Shown: one piece after another, positions 28,459-37,782 of the stretch
Numbering within the stretch: position 1 is the stretch's first letter
Layout: each line of letters begins with the position of its first letter
Origin: Armatimonadota bacterium
GTDB lineage: Bacteria > Armatimonadota > SYMT01
Assembly: GCA_041690135.1 (NCBI GenBank)
Contig: JAWLHY010000020.1
Span: 1 to 64,000 of the forward strand
Direction of reading: 5' to 3'
Length of the DNA stretch: 64,000 nucleotides
Program-made: the position numbers and the translations under genes
Notes under the pieces: model-generated
The model's input: only the letters and a program-made list of their open reading frames with translations
Databases searched by the model: none
Told to the model about the DNA's origin: nothing

Positions 28459-29499
28459 ATGACTCCGGGCATCCTCTACGACCCGATCTTTCTGGAGCAC
28501 GAAACGGGCGAGCACCCGGAGAATCCGACCCGTTTGACGGCTACCGTGGCGCTCCTCCGGGAGCGGGGCCTGTGGGATCGCCTCACTCACCTACCGGTGC
28601 GGCCCGCCGCCGACACAGCTCTGAAGGCGGTGCATGACGAACACTATCTGGAACTCATCCGCTACTACGCCTTACGGGGCGGCGGCTGGCTGACGGCGGA
28701 TACCCCGTTCAGCGCCCGGTCTTACGACGTGGCGGTTCATGCGTCGGGAGCAGCCGTGGGGGCAATAGATGCCGTGCTCGACGAACGCGTGCCTTATGCC
28801 TTTGCGCTCGTTCGGCCACCGGGCCACCATGCCTGCACGGCGGAGGGCATGGGGTTCTGCCTGATCAACCACGCGGCGGTCGCCGCCCGTCACGCTATCC
28901 GCAAGCGGGGCCTGGAGCGGGTGCTCATCGTGGACTTCGATGTTCACCACGGAAACGGGACCCAGGAAATCTTTTACGATGATCCCAGCGTGATGTACTT
29001 TTCGACGCACCAGTACCCGGCGTACCCGGGCACCGGCCGTGCGCTGGAAATGGGCCAGGGCGCCGGAGTCGGCACCACCGTCAACGTGCCCCTGCCCGCC
29101 GGAGTGGGCGACCTTGGCCATCTGGTCGCTTTCCAAGAGATTCTGCTGCCCGCCGCCCGCCGCTTCCAGCCGCAGCTCATTCTCGTATCCGCCGGCTACG
29201 ACTCCCACTGGCGCAACACGGCCTATCTCAATTCCATCCGGATGGCGGTGAGCGTCAGCGGCTTCGCGCAGTGGGTCTCATTCCTGAAAGAACTTGCCGG
29301 GGAGTTGTGCGACGGACGCCTTGCCTTCGCGCTCGAGGGCGGCTACGACCCCGAAGCGCTGGCATGGTCCGTCGATGCGACCTTCCGCGTGTTGATGGGG
29401 GAGGCAGTTCACGATCCCATCGGTCCCTCCCCTGCGGGTGACGAAACCGCCATCATGGACCTGATCGACGAGTACCGCCGCCTGCACCGCCTCAATTAG
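28459..29499 (+). CDS. histone deacetylase family protein (AcuC/HDAH-like)
   Basis: HPE, RPPGHHA, GFC, DFDVHHGNGTQ, SAGYD, LEGGY; alternative GTG start 28432. Confidence 0.95.
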   Translation: MTPGILYDPIFLEHETGEHPENPTRLTATVALLRERGLWDRLTHLPVRPAADTALKAVHDEHYLELIRYYALRGGGWLTADTPFSARSYDVAVHASGAAVGAIDAVLDERVPYAFALVRPPGHHACTAEGMGFCLINHAAVAARHAIRKRGLERVLIVDFDVHHGNGTQEIFYDDPSVMYFSTHQYPAYPGTGRALEMGQGAGVGTTVNVPLPAGVGDLGHLVAFQEILLPAARRFQPQLILVSAGYDSHWRNTAYLNSIRMAVSVSGFAQWVSFLKELAGELCDGRLAFALEGGYDPEALAWSVDATFRVLMGEAVHDPIGPSPAGDETAIMDLIDEYRRLHRLN

Positions 29500-29522
29500 G
29501 TCCTATCCGGCCGGATTTTCTC

Positions 29523-29564
29523 GACACAGAGGGACACAGAAAAGACGAGACGGCACACAGAAAA
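29523..29564. repeat. ACACAGA direct repeats (x3)
   Basis: gacacagagg-gacacagaaaa...cacacagaaaa in intergenic DNA. Confidence 0.5.
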
Positions 29565-29584
29565 TGCGGCAGGGTGTGAATCGC

Positions 29585-29619
29585 AAGGGGGGAGCGGCGC
29601 TTCGGCCGCTCCCCCCTTT
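29585..29619. terminator. terminator hairpin between convergent genes
   Basis: aaggggggagcggc-gcttcg-gccgctcccccctt(t). Confidence 0.8.
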
Positions 29620-29681
29620 CTGATTCCTGATGCCGGCTACCGATCGCCGGTTTCCTTATCCTGATCCGGTTTCTTTATCCT

Positions 29682-30551
29682 TTACCCGCCCTTGTTTGCG
29701 GGCAGGAGGGATTGGGTGAACAGGAGGAGGTCCTGCAGGTTCGTGCCGCGGGAATTGGTGCGCGCGTTGACCACCTTCCGGACGAGACGCTCGAAGTGCT
29801 CGAAGGCGGCGGTATGGTCGTATCCGCCGGCAGCCCGCCGCATCTGGATGGCCTTGCGCTTGTAGTTCTCGAGCATCATCGAAAGCGGCATGCTGAAGCC
29901 CTCCAGCACTTCTTTCATCTGCACGACCTGGCGGGTCGTGGCCTCTCCCAGGGCATCCAGCACGAGTTGGCTAAAGAAGTGGCAGTGGCGCGCTTCGTCC
30001 TGGGAAAGCTTGGCGAGCACGGAGCGCAGGATCGGCTCCTCGACGGACTGGCGCAGGCAGGAGTAGTAAAGCTGGGTCGCCTTCTCCTGGACGGCCGTGT
30101 AGGTGAAAAGCTGGGTCGGGTTCTCGTGGGGAACGTGATAGGTCTTCTTTCCCTCGAGCACCATCAGGTCGGTAAGGGCATTCGGGTCGCGGCGGCCGCT
30201 GTTCCGGAGCCACAGCTCCAGCACGTGAGCGTGGCGATCTTCTTCCATGATCCAGCGGAACACGAAGTGGAGCATCTGCCGGCACATCCACGCCTCTTCG
30301 TCGGTGCGGTCGGGCGTGACCATGAAGAGACGCATGTACTCGGAGCCGTAACCGGGGATGTGGTCTTCCACCAGCATCGCCGTCTCGACGGCGCCCACAT
30401 GGGTGTCCTTCATCCCACTGTCGGTGACGCTGTCCTTCAGTGCGGCCCAATCGAAGTCTTCGAACCGGTTGTAGCCTACGTTATCATTCTGGCGGAGGTA
30501 ATCCGTAACGTGCTTTTCCAGGCGCACGAGCGCCGGCGAATCGTATTCCAT
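29682..30551 (-). CDS. acyl-ACP desaturase-like ferritin-fold di-iron protein
   Basis: EDHIPGY, W..EEDRH, QEKAT, DEARH (two ExxH-type motifs). Confidence 0.85.
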   Translation of the reverse strand: MEYDSPALVRLEKHVTDYLRQNDNVGYNRFEDFDWAALKDSVTDSGMKDTHVGAVETAMLVEDHIPGYGSEYMRLFMVTPDRTDEEAWMCRQMLHFVFRWIMEEDRHAHVLELWLRNSGRRDPNALTDLMVLEGKKTYHVPHENPTQLFTYTAVQEKATQLYYSCLRQSVEEPILRSVLAKLSQDEARHCHFFSQLVLDALGEATTRQVVQMKEVLEGFSMPLSMMLENYKRKAIQMRRAAGGYDHTAAFEHFERLVRKVVNARTNSRGTNLQDLLLFTQSLLPANKGG

Positions 30552-30852
30552 TTTTCACCTCAAACCTGCGGCCGCGGCGCGTTCTGCGGCCATTGAAGAG
30601 CTCTGACTTCCTCCGCGCATTCTCGCAGAGTTATACCGAAGGCCCATGCAGAAATCACATGTGACGACCGGAGACACCCGTCATTGACCGCTTCCAGGCC
30701 CACCCCTTAACTTTTGCCCACCAGAGGAACTCATTCACCCTGGAGCCTGCGTAGGCCTTGCGGAGGGGAGCGCGAGTTCGCTCGCCCAGCCGAAGTCCCG
30801 CTCAGGCAACTCTATTCCTGACACGCAACTTTTCCCAGAAAGGTAGAACACT

Positions 30853-31284
30853 ATGCGTCGGCCGAAGCATGAGAATACGGTCATCCCCGGATGCGGATTC
30901 CATCACGTCGCGATCCGCACCTCTCAGTGGGACCGTTCCCTCCAGTTCTGGACGGAAGCCCTGGGCTTCAAACTCGCCGTCCAGTGGGGAGAGGAGCCAC
31001 GACGCGCCTGCATGCTCGATACCGGCGACGGGAACTACCTCGAGATCTTCGAGCGGGACCCGGTTCCGGAAGGGGTCCCCAGCGAAGCTGCCATCCTCCA
31101 CTTCTGCTTCCGCACCGATGATTGCGACGCAGCCATCGAACGGGCTCGAGCCGCGGGCGCGGAAGTCACGGTAGAGCCCAAGGACGTCGCCATCTTCGGC
31201 GAGCCGCGCATCCCGGTCCGATTAGCCTTCTTCAAGGGGCCGAACGGCGAGATTTGCGAACTCTTCCAGAACGAAGTCCTGTAA
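30853..31284 (+). CDS. VOC/glyoxalase family protein
   Basis: FHHVAI, LEIF, HFCF..DD, FF.GPNGE..EL. Confidence 0.9.
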   Translation: MRRPKHENTVIPGCGFHHVAIRTSQWDRSLQFWTEALGFKLAVQWGEEPRRACMLDTGDGNYLEIFERDPVPEGVPSEAAILHFCFRTDDCDAAIERARAAGAEVTVEPKDVAIFGEPRIPVRLAFFKGPNGEICELFQNEVL

Positions 31285-31383
31285 GCAAAGACGGGCCTGC
31301 GGCGCACCTCCGACGCAGGCCCTTGTTGCGTATTCCGGGTCGCTTCTCACTCCCCCACGCAAAACAAGCCCCGTCAGCCCGCC

Positions 31384-31463
31384 CCTCATCCTTCCTTATC
31401 CTTACGCTCATCCTCATCCTCCTCCTGATCCCCCGCCGCCCCTCTTCATCCTGATCCTTATCC
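31384..31463. repeat. pyrimidine-rich hexamer tandem repeats (NNATCC-like)
   Basis: ccttat-ccttac-gctcat-cctcat-cctcct-cctgat ... cttcat-cctgat-ccttat. Confidence 0.7.
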
Positions 31464-31521
31464 GCCATAGGGCTTGAGCGGGCCTCATTCCGGGTACAGG
31501 ATGCCGGGAGGACACGAGAGA

Positions 31522-31899
31522 ATGCAGAAGGATACGCGCAACCTCACGGTAGCCCAGGAGCATCTCCGCACCGCGATGCAGGAAGTCACCCTGGCGCAAG
31601 GGCAGTCAGAGCAGTCGATGGCGCGCGCCTCCGCCGAACGCGCGATGCGAAACATGGACCTGGTGGTCCGGCGCCTGGAGACGGAACGGGGACGGCTGGC
31701 CCGGACCTCACTGGAGACCGAACTGGAGGCGGCCTTCGCCTCGGCCCAACGCGCCTGGCAGGGGCTGCACGACGTGCTGAACGACTGGGAGTATGCTTCG
31801 CAGGCCGGTTTGGGTCAGGTCCGCGATGATCTGGCCGCGGCTGAGCAGCGGGTCACCAGCATCTGCGACAAAGCACCCCAGGAAGCCATGCACCCCTAG
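31522..31899 (+). CDS. hypothetical helical-bundle protein
   Basis: GGAGG RBS before ATG 31522; amphipathic helices; no recognisable motif. Confidence 0.55.
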   Translation: MQKDTRNLTVAQEHLRTAMQEVTLAQGQSEQSMARASAERAMRNMDLVVRRLETERGRLARTSLETELEAAFASAQRAWQGLHDVLNDWEYASQAGLGQVRDDLAAAEQRVTSICDKAPQEAMHP

Positions 31900-31935
31900 C
31901 GTTGGACAAGTGCACCACCGGAATGCCGTCCGGAT

Positions 31936-32086
31936 TGGGAGTGTGGAAGTGTGGGAGTATGGGGGAGTAGGGAACGGGTGGTCGTGGCCTCACCCATTCT
32001 CCCATTCTTCCTCTTCTGCATGCGTCGAGTGAAGCGGGATCCGCCATGGGCATTACCCGGCGTCTCCCACTCCCCCACTCTTCCCA
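31936..32086. repeat. inverted arrays of degenerate octamers (GGGAGTRT ... AYTCCC)
   Basis: tgggagtg-tggaagtg-tgggagta-tgggggagta, then cccattctcccattct and ctcccactcccccactcttccca. Confidence 0.7.
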
Positions 32087-32121
32087 TCCGGATAATATCC
32101 GGATGAAGGCTCCGGATCCCC

Positions 32122-33360
32122 TTAGCCGGCGAAGAGCGGAAACCCGCTGGTGAGTTCCTTCACTTCCGCCGTCACGCGGGCCAGGACTGCTTCATCGCTC
32201 CGGCCGCGGATGGCGGTGGAGATCAGTTCGGCGATCCGGTCCATCTCCGCTTCCTTCATGCCACGGGTGGTCACGGCGGGGGTGCCGATGCGGATCCCCG
32301 AAGTGACCATCGGCTTCTGCGGGTCGCGCGGGATGGCGTTCTTGTTGACCGTGATCCCCACGTGGTCCAGCAACTCCTGGATTTCCTTACCCGTGAGCCC
32401 CATGGGCACGAGGTTCAGCAGCATCAGGTGGTTGTCGGTGCCGCCCGACACGAGCGTGAACCCGCGGTTCATCAGCCCCTCCGCCAGGGCCTGGGCATTC
32501 TTCACGATCTGGCCGCAGTAGTCGCGGTAGGCCTCGGTGTGGAGCTGCTTGAAGGCCACTGCCTTCGCCGCAATCACGTGCATCAGCGGGCCACCCTGGG
32601 AGCCGGGGAACACAGCGGAGTCGATCGGCTTCGCGAAGCCCTCCTGGCAGAGGATGAGGCCGCCACGGGGACCCCGCAAGGTCTTGTGCGTCGTACTGGT
32701 GACGATCTGGGCGTGCTCCACCGGATTCGGGTAATGACCGGTGCAGGAGAGGCCGGCGAAATGCGCCATGTCGACCATCAGGAGCGCCTCGACCTCGTCG
32801 GCAATCTGCCGGAACCGGGCAAAGTCGATCCGGCGCGGATAGGCCGAGTACCCGGCTACAATCAGCTTCGGGCGGTGTTCCTTCGCTTTAGCCAGCACCT
32901 CATCGTAGTCGATCAGCCCACTCTCCGGGTGCACCCCGTAGGCCACGAAGTTGTAGAGCTTGCCCGAGAAGTTGACCGGCGATCCGTGCGTCAGGTGACC
33001 GCCTTCCGCGAGCGACATACCCAGCACCGTGTCGCCGGGCTTGATGACCGCCATATAGGCTGCCTGGTTGGCCTGCGCTCCGGAGTGCGGCTGTACGTTC
33101 GCGTGCTCCGCACCGAAGGCGCTCTTGATGCGGTCGCGCGCCATGTTTTCGGCGATATCCACGATCTCACAACCACCGTAATACCGGCGCCCGGGGTAAC
33201 CTTCGGCATACTTGTTTGTGAGGACCGAACCCATCGCTTCCAGCACGGCCGGAGACACAAAGTTCTCCGAGGCAATGAGCTCGATCTTCTCGCGCTGGCG
33301 TACTTCTTCCTGGCGGATGACGTCGTAGATTTCCGGATCGTAATCCTGAAGGTTTGACAC
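32122..33360 (-). CDS. glyA: serine hydroxymethyltransferase
   Basis: [41 protein letters not shown]; GTG 33360 follows an AAGGAG RBS. Confidence 0.98.
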   Translation of the reverse strand: MSNLQDYDPEIYDVIRQEEVRQREKIELIASENFVSPAVLEAMGSVLTNKYAEGYPGRRYYGGCEIVDIAENMARDRIKSAFGAEHANVQPHSGAQANQAAYMAVIKPGDTVLGMSLAEGGHLTHGSPVNFSGKLYNFVAYGVHPESGLIDYDEVLAKAKEHRPKLIVAGYSAYPRRIDFARFRQIADEVEALLMVDMAHFAGLSCTGHYPNPVEHAQIVTSTTHKTLRGPRGGLILCQEGFAKPIDSAVFPGSQGGPLMHVIAAKAVAFKQLHTEAYRDYCGQIVKNAQALAEGLMNRGFTLVSGGTDNHLMLLNLVPMGLTGKEIQELLDHVGITVNKNAIPRDPQKPMVTSGIRIGTPAVTTRGMKEAEMDRIAELISTAIRGRSDEAVLARVTAEVKELTSGFPLFAG

Positions 33361-33384
33361 CCTCTGTCTCCTTCGTTCGGACAA

Positions 33385-33412
33385 CAAAAAAGCAGCCGCA
33401 GGGGCCACGGCT
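33385..33412 (-). terminator. riboswitch expression-platform terminator
   Basis: minus strand agccgtgg-cc-cctgcggct then gcttttttg, between the aptamer and the glyA RBS. Confidence 0.75.
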
Positions 33413-33424
33413 CCTGACTGCTTG

Positions 33425-33500
33425 AGCCCAGGCGAGCGGCTGTTTCTTCCCCCGTGCTCCCCGGTGGTCGTCCACCTGATCTCGCCAGTTACACGGGAGT
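33425..33500 (-). promoter_or_regulatory. ZMP/ZTP (pfl) riboswitch
   Basis: minus strand cccgtgtAACTGGCGAgatcaGGTGGacgaCCACCGGGGAGCacggg...GCCGCTCGCCTGGGC matches the pfl motif; upstream of glyA, a canonical target. Confidence 0.93.
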
Positions 33501-33670
33501 AGTTCCACGGGTATACGCTGCCGGACCAACACAGGCCCGGTCGCGGGCGGGCTGCTGTTCAGTCACCCTCCTGCGGAACCGGATCATTGTACCTCCGGCT
33601 CGACAGCCCGTGTCAACTTCCGGCCGATTCCGGGATAGCGCCAGGAAATACCGCGAGGCGCCTGTATCCG

Positions 33671-34063
33671 CTACTCCGTGAATTCGAGCAGATCGGGGAG
33701 GACGAGTTGTTCGTGTGCGACACGGCGCCGATTACGAGTGCGCTTTTGGCGCGGGTTCGCGGCCGCGTTTCCCTGGGGCTGGGTTGAGGAACACTCGGCG
33801 GCGGAACGGCAGGCCGAGCAAACATTGCCTCGGCGACGTGGTACCATCCACCGCCGGCATGCCTCGCAGTGAACGTAGCAGCGGTCTTCCACGTACAGAA
33901 GCGCGGTGCCCTCTCCCGTCAGCAACACCCACGTTCCTGCGGACGCGTGACGCCGGGCCTGGCGGCCGGCGACAGCCAACGCCTGCCGTTCGGATGGGTA
34001 GGTTTCTACAGGAATCGCCAGGAGGGTCAATCCAGTCCGGGCGTCCGCCAGGCGGTAGATCAT
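33671..34063 (-). CDS. hypothetical protein with CxxC...CxxC zinc ribbon
   Basis: CEAC-x12-CSAC; RBS-like AGGGAA upstream; fills the gap between glyA and the sigma gene. Confidence 0.6.
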   Translation of the reverse strand: MIYRLADARTGLTLLAIPVETYPSERQALAVAGRQARRHASAGTWVLLTGEGTALLYVEDRCYVHCEACRRWMVPRRRGNVCSACRSAAECSSTQPQGNAAANPRQKRTRNRRRVAHEQLVLPDLLEFTE

Positions 34064-34411
34064 TCCATTCCCTGCGCTTACGTAAGGTGGGACCTCCAGC
34101 TAAAGCGGCCGGGGTGCTCTTACTTCCTTAGTATTCGCGGATGCGAGTTGAACATACGCCTGGATTGGTTGCTCGGTAGCGAGCCCTTCCGCGGAGAACA
34201 GCGCCAGGTGGACTCATCCGGTGCTTTCTCCTGCCTATCTGTAGCATTGACGACTCAAAGCTCCCCGGAGTCGGGAGGTGGAGAAGGGCTTTCTCTGGAA
34301 TCCTGCAACAACCACTGGAGGCCCTCCGGCGCAAATGTTTCTCGCGTTGGGAGTGAACACCCGGAGCCCTCCGGCGCAACTAACCGGTCGACAGGAGACG
34401 GCAGAGAGCCC

Positions 34412-35029
34412 ATGCAGAAAACCGATCCCGAAGACCGAGAGTGGATCCGGCAACTCCAGCGGGGAGAGGCGCTCGCCTTCGAGCGCCTCCTCGACCGTTA
34501 TGAGCGCCGGGTCTACAATCTGGCGCTCCGAATGCTAGGGGGTCACTCCACCGATGCGGAAGACGCTACCCAGGACATTTTTCTCGAAGTCCATCGCTCT
34601 CTGCCGCGCTTCCGAGGAGAGGCCCGGCTGGATACCTGGATCCACCGCATTGCCGTAAACGTCTGCCTGCAGCGACGGCGGAAGAAAGTATTGCCAACGA
34701 CGGAACTGCCGGAAGCCGACCTTCTGGACGGGACCGAGGGAGACCCCTTTCAGGCTGCGGTGCGCGGCGAACTCCGGGAAATCCTCACGGTAGCGCTGGA
34801 TCATCTCCCACCCGCGCAGCGCGACGTGGTGCTGCTTCATGGAATGCAAGGACTCAGTTACTCCGAAGTTGCAGAGGCGATGAGTTGCCCGGTCGGAACC
34901 GTGAAGTCCCGGCTCTCCACGGGATTCAGGCGCCTCCGCGAGCTTCTGGGGGGTTACCTCTCCGATCCGAATTGCCCCATGGCAACCGCACCGCACACTG
35001 TTTCCACCGGGGTGGAGGCTAACGGATGA
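34412..35029 (+). CDS. ECF RNA polymerase sigma factor
   Basis: DAEDATQDIF, TWIHRIAVN, GLSYSEVA...CPVGTVKSRL. Confidence 0.95.
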   Translation: MQKTDPEDREWIRQLQRGEALAFERLLDRYERRVYNLALRMLGGHSTDAEDATQDIFLEVHRSLPRFRGEARLDTWIHRIAVNVCLQRRRKKVLPTTELPEADLLDGTEGDPFQAAVRGELREILTVALDHLPPAQRDVVLLHGMQGLSYSEVAEAMSCPVGTVKSRLSTGFRRLRELLGGYLSDPNCPMATAPHTVSTGVEANG

Positions 35030-36141
35030 AGAGCACACCCAGCAGCCAGATGCCCTGTCCCGAGTGGGACGACTTGAAGGTCTACTTCGACGGGGAAGCC
35101 CCCGCAACCCAGCATGGGAGGGTCGCCGAACACCTGGAATCCTGTGACCGGTGTACTGAGGAGGTCCGCGTCATGCGGGAGATCGCAAGTGGACTGCAGC
35201 AACTGGAGGGGATGATCGACCCACCGGCGGATCTTCGCCGGCGCATCCTCGCCCGCGTCAAGACCGGCAGCCGGCCTTCTTCCCGGCGCAACTGGCTGGA
35301 TTTCCTCGGAGGGCCCTTCGGCGCCACCCGCTGGGCTCTCGCCGCCGTGACCGTCATCGTGATCGGAAGCACCTGGATCCAGATGGATCCACTCGCCCCC
35401 TCGGCGCCCGCGGGCATGGAAACCGGCACAATGCCGCCGGCGGGGGTCCGAGTGTCCAGCGATTCCGTCACAGCGGCGAAGCCCTCTCACCTGGAAGCCC
35501 CCGCCGGGAAAGCCTCGCTTCCCCCGGGTGCCGGAGCAGAAGGTGCGGTGGCGGGCGCGGTGCCGCCAACGGCCGGCGCGGTGCCGCCAACGGCCGGCAC
35601 GGTATCCCCACCTGCCGCAGGCGCCCCCGCGCCGCAAGAACTGGGTTCGACCGCCAGTGGCTATCTGTCGCGAGCCACCGACACCAGCACACCACCCCCC
35701 CGCACTCCGGCGGTTGACAAGTCAGATGCGGGTGAACGAAAGGTGGCCTACTCCGCCGACCTCACACTGGAGGTCAACAATCCGCTCGAGGCGGTCCGCG
35801 AGGAAATCGAAGAGCACCTGCGCAAGGGACAGGGGCGCGTCGAATTCACCTCGCGCACAACGACCAGCGGCGCGCCCGGTAAGATCCGTATGACACTGCG
35901 GGTGCCCGCCGAGCGACTGGACTACCACCTGCAATGTCTCTCCCGGCTCGGCACACCCCGTACCCGCGGGGTCCGGTCGGATGACCTGACCGAGCGCTGG
36001 AAAGAGCTCCGCGCCGCGCTGGCGAGAGCCCCGAAAACCGGCGAACAGCGGGCTGTCCTCGAGCGAAAAGCTGCAGAGTTGAACCGCCGGATCGAGTTGG
36101 CGACCATCGACCTGACGCTTCTCGAAAGGCCGGGCAAATAG
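35026..36141 (+). CDS. ZAS (zf-HC2) anti-sigma factor with TM and DUF4349-like extracytoplasmic domain
   Basis: ATGA overlap with sigma; HLESCDRC; TM; A.L.LEV...LRVPA...D.T. Confidence 0.85.
   Translation: MKSTPSSQMPCPEWDDLKVYFDGEAPATQHGRVAEHLESCDRCTEEVRVMREIASGLQQLEGMIDPPADLRRRILARVKTGSRPSSRRNWLDFLGGPFGATRWALAAVTVIVIGSTWIQMDPLAPSAPAGMETGTMPPAGVRVSSDSVTAAKPSHLEAPAGKASLPPGAGAEGAVAGAVPPTAGAVPPTAGTVSPPAAGAPAPQELGSTASGYLSRATDTSTPPPRTPAVDKSDAGERKVAYSADLTLEVNNPLEAVREEIEEHLRKGQGRVEFTSRTTTSGAPGKIRMTLRVPAERLDYHLQCLSRLGTPRTRGVRSDDLTERWKELRAALARAPKTGEQRAVLERKAAELNRRIELATIDLTLLERPGK
35554..35595 (+). repeat. 21-bp perfect tandem duplication in the anti-sigma linker (GAVPPTA x2)
   Basis: ggcgcggtgccgccaacggcc x2. 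Confidence 0.85.
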
Positions 36142-36319
36142 CCAGAGCTGAGGATGATTCCGCACGCGGGGAGACCAGCGCCGGAACGTCTCACCTCTTG
36201 CCCACGGTTCAAGATCCAGAAGGGTTCCTGGAAGCGGAGCCTGAACCGTAGGTTAGCGCAGCTCGTAGGCGATCCGTAGGTGGACGCCCAGCGCGTCGTG
36301 CCAAATTGGAGACCTTGCG

Positions 36320-37771
36320 ATGAAGTACCCCGGTTGCACCGGGACGGACCCGGTCCCCCTCTCGCGCCGCGAGTTGTTGATGCGGAGTGGCGGGCTGGGA
36401 GGCGTGGCGCTCTCATGGCTGCTTGCGCAGGATCGACCAGCCGCGGCGGCTGCATCCGAGAGGACCGGGGCTCTGCTCTCGCCCCACTTTCCGGCCCGGG
36501 CCAAGTACGTTATCCAGATCTTCCTGTGTGGTGGCGTCAGCCATGTCGACACCTTCGACTACAAGCCGGAGTTGATCCGTTCGCACGGGAAGCCGCTTAC
36601 CGGGAAGGGACCGGTCGATACCTTCTTCGCCCAGCCGGGCAACCTGATGAAGAGCCCCTGGGAGTTCCGGCGCCGCGGAGAGAGCGGGCTCTGGGTTAGC
36701 GACCTCCTTCCCCACCTGGGGAAGTGCGCCGATCTCCTCACCGTGGTCCGCTCCATGGTGAGCAAAAGCAACAACCACACCCCGGCGACCTTCATGATGA
36801 ACAGTGGGTTCACCATGAACGGGTTCCCTTCGATGGGGTCGTGGGTTAGCTATGGACTCGGGACGGACAACCGGGACCTGCCGACCTTCGTGGTCCTTCC
36901 CGACCCCCGTCAACTTCCTGCCGGCGGCGCCATCAACTGGACCGCGGGATTCCTCCCTGCCGCACACCAGGGAGTGACGTTCCGCAGTAAGGGCGACCCG
37001 ATTCTCGACCTGTTCCCAGCGGGGAAGACGGTGGAGCACACCGAACGGGCCAGCCGGGAGTTGCTGGCGCAGATCGATCGGGAGTTCACTCAACGCTCCG
37101 GGGACGATAGTGTCCTCTCGGCCCGATTGCGGAGCTACGAACTCGCCGCCCGGATGCAGACCAGCGTTCCCGACGCGGTCAATCTGGAGCGCGAATCTCC
37201 GGCGACGCGCGAGCTGTATGGGCTGAACGGCACCGTTACTGCCGGCTTCGGGCGCAACTGCCTCCTGGCCCGGCGGCTGGTCGAACGGGGTGTACGGTTC
37301 GTCCAGCTCTTCCATGGGGGAGCCTTCGGCTCGCCGCGTATCAACTGGGACGCCCACGAGGATTTACAGGCCAACCACTCCCAAGAGGCTGCAAGCATGG
37401 ACCGTCCGGTGGCGGCGCTCCTGCAGGACCTGAAACAGCGTGGGATGCTCGACGAGGGGTTGGTGCTCTGGACCACGGAGTTCGGCCGTACGCCGTTCAC
37501 GCAGGGCTTGAACAAGCCGGGGCGCGACCACCACCAGCACGCCTTCACCTGTTGGATGGCCGGAGCTGGATTGCGGCCTGGTATCGCCTTCGGGGAGAGC
37601 GATGAGGTCGGCTATGCCGTCGGCCGGGATCCGGTCACCACTTACGACCTCCACGCCACCGTCTTGCACCTGCTCGGCCTCGACCACAAGCGGCTGACCT
37701 ACTACCACAACGGCATTCAGCGCCGCCTCACGGACGTCCACGGCCACCTGGTCGAGGGTCTCCTGGCATAA
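36320..37771 (+). CDS. DUF1501 domain protein
   Basis: SRRELL, GGVSHVDTFDYKP, ARRLVERGVRFVQ, WDAH, EFGRTP, GRDHH, RLTDVHG. Confidence 0.92.
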   Translation: MKYPGCTGTDPVPLSRRELLMRSGGLGGVALSWLLAQDRPAAAAASERTGALLSPHFPARAKYVIQIFLCGGVSHVDTFDYKPELIRSHGKPLTGKGPVDTFFAQPGNLMKSPWEFRRRGESGLWVSDLLPHLGKCADLLTVVRSMVSKSNNHTPATFMMNSGFTMNGFPSMGSWVSYGLGTDNRDLPTFVVLPDPRQLPAGGAINWTAGFLPAAHQGVTFRSKGDPILDLFPAGKTVEHTERASRELLAQIDREFTQRSGDDSVLSARLRSYELAARMQTSVPDAVNLERESPATRELYGLNGTVTAGFGRNCLLARRLVERGVRFVQLFHGGAFGSPRINWDAHEDLQANHSQEAASMDRPVAALLQDLKQRGMLDEGLVLWTTEFGRTPFTQGLNKPGRDHHQHAFTCWMAGAGLRPGIAFGESDEVGYAVGRDPVTTYDLHATVLHLLGLDHKRLTYYHNGIQRRLTDVHGHLVEGLLA

Positions 37772-37782
37772 CGTCCTGAGCC

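Noticed and set aside
31936-32086. CRISPR array (also considered at 437-537 and 63320-63395)
   Set aside because: The periods are 6-8 nt with no unique spacers, and there are no cas genes.
33361-33408. N-terminal extension of glyA given by the ORF track
   Set aside because: It overlaps the riboswitch terminator; the RBS supports GTG 33360.
33586-33616. sigma70 promoter TTGACA...TACAAT for glyA
   Set aside because: The spacer is 19 nt and it lies about 85 nt from the aptamer; plausible but not supportable.
36247-36282. Three CGTAGG copies upstream of the second DUF1501 gene
   Set aside because: Irregular spacing and no accompanying palindromes; may be chance.
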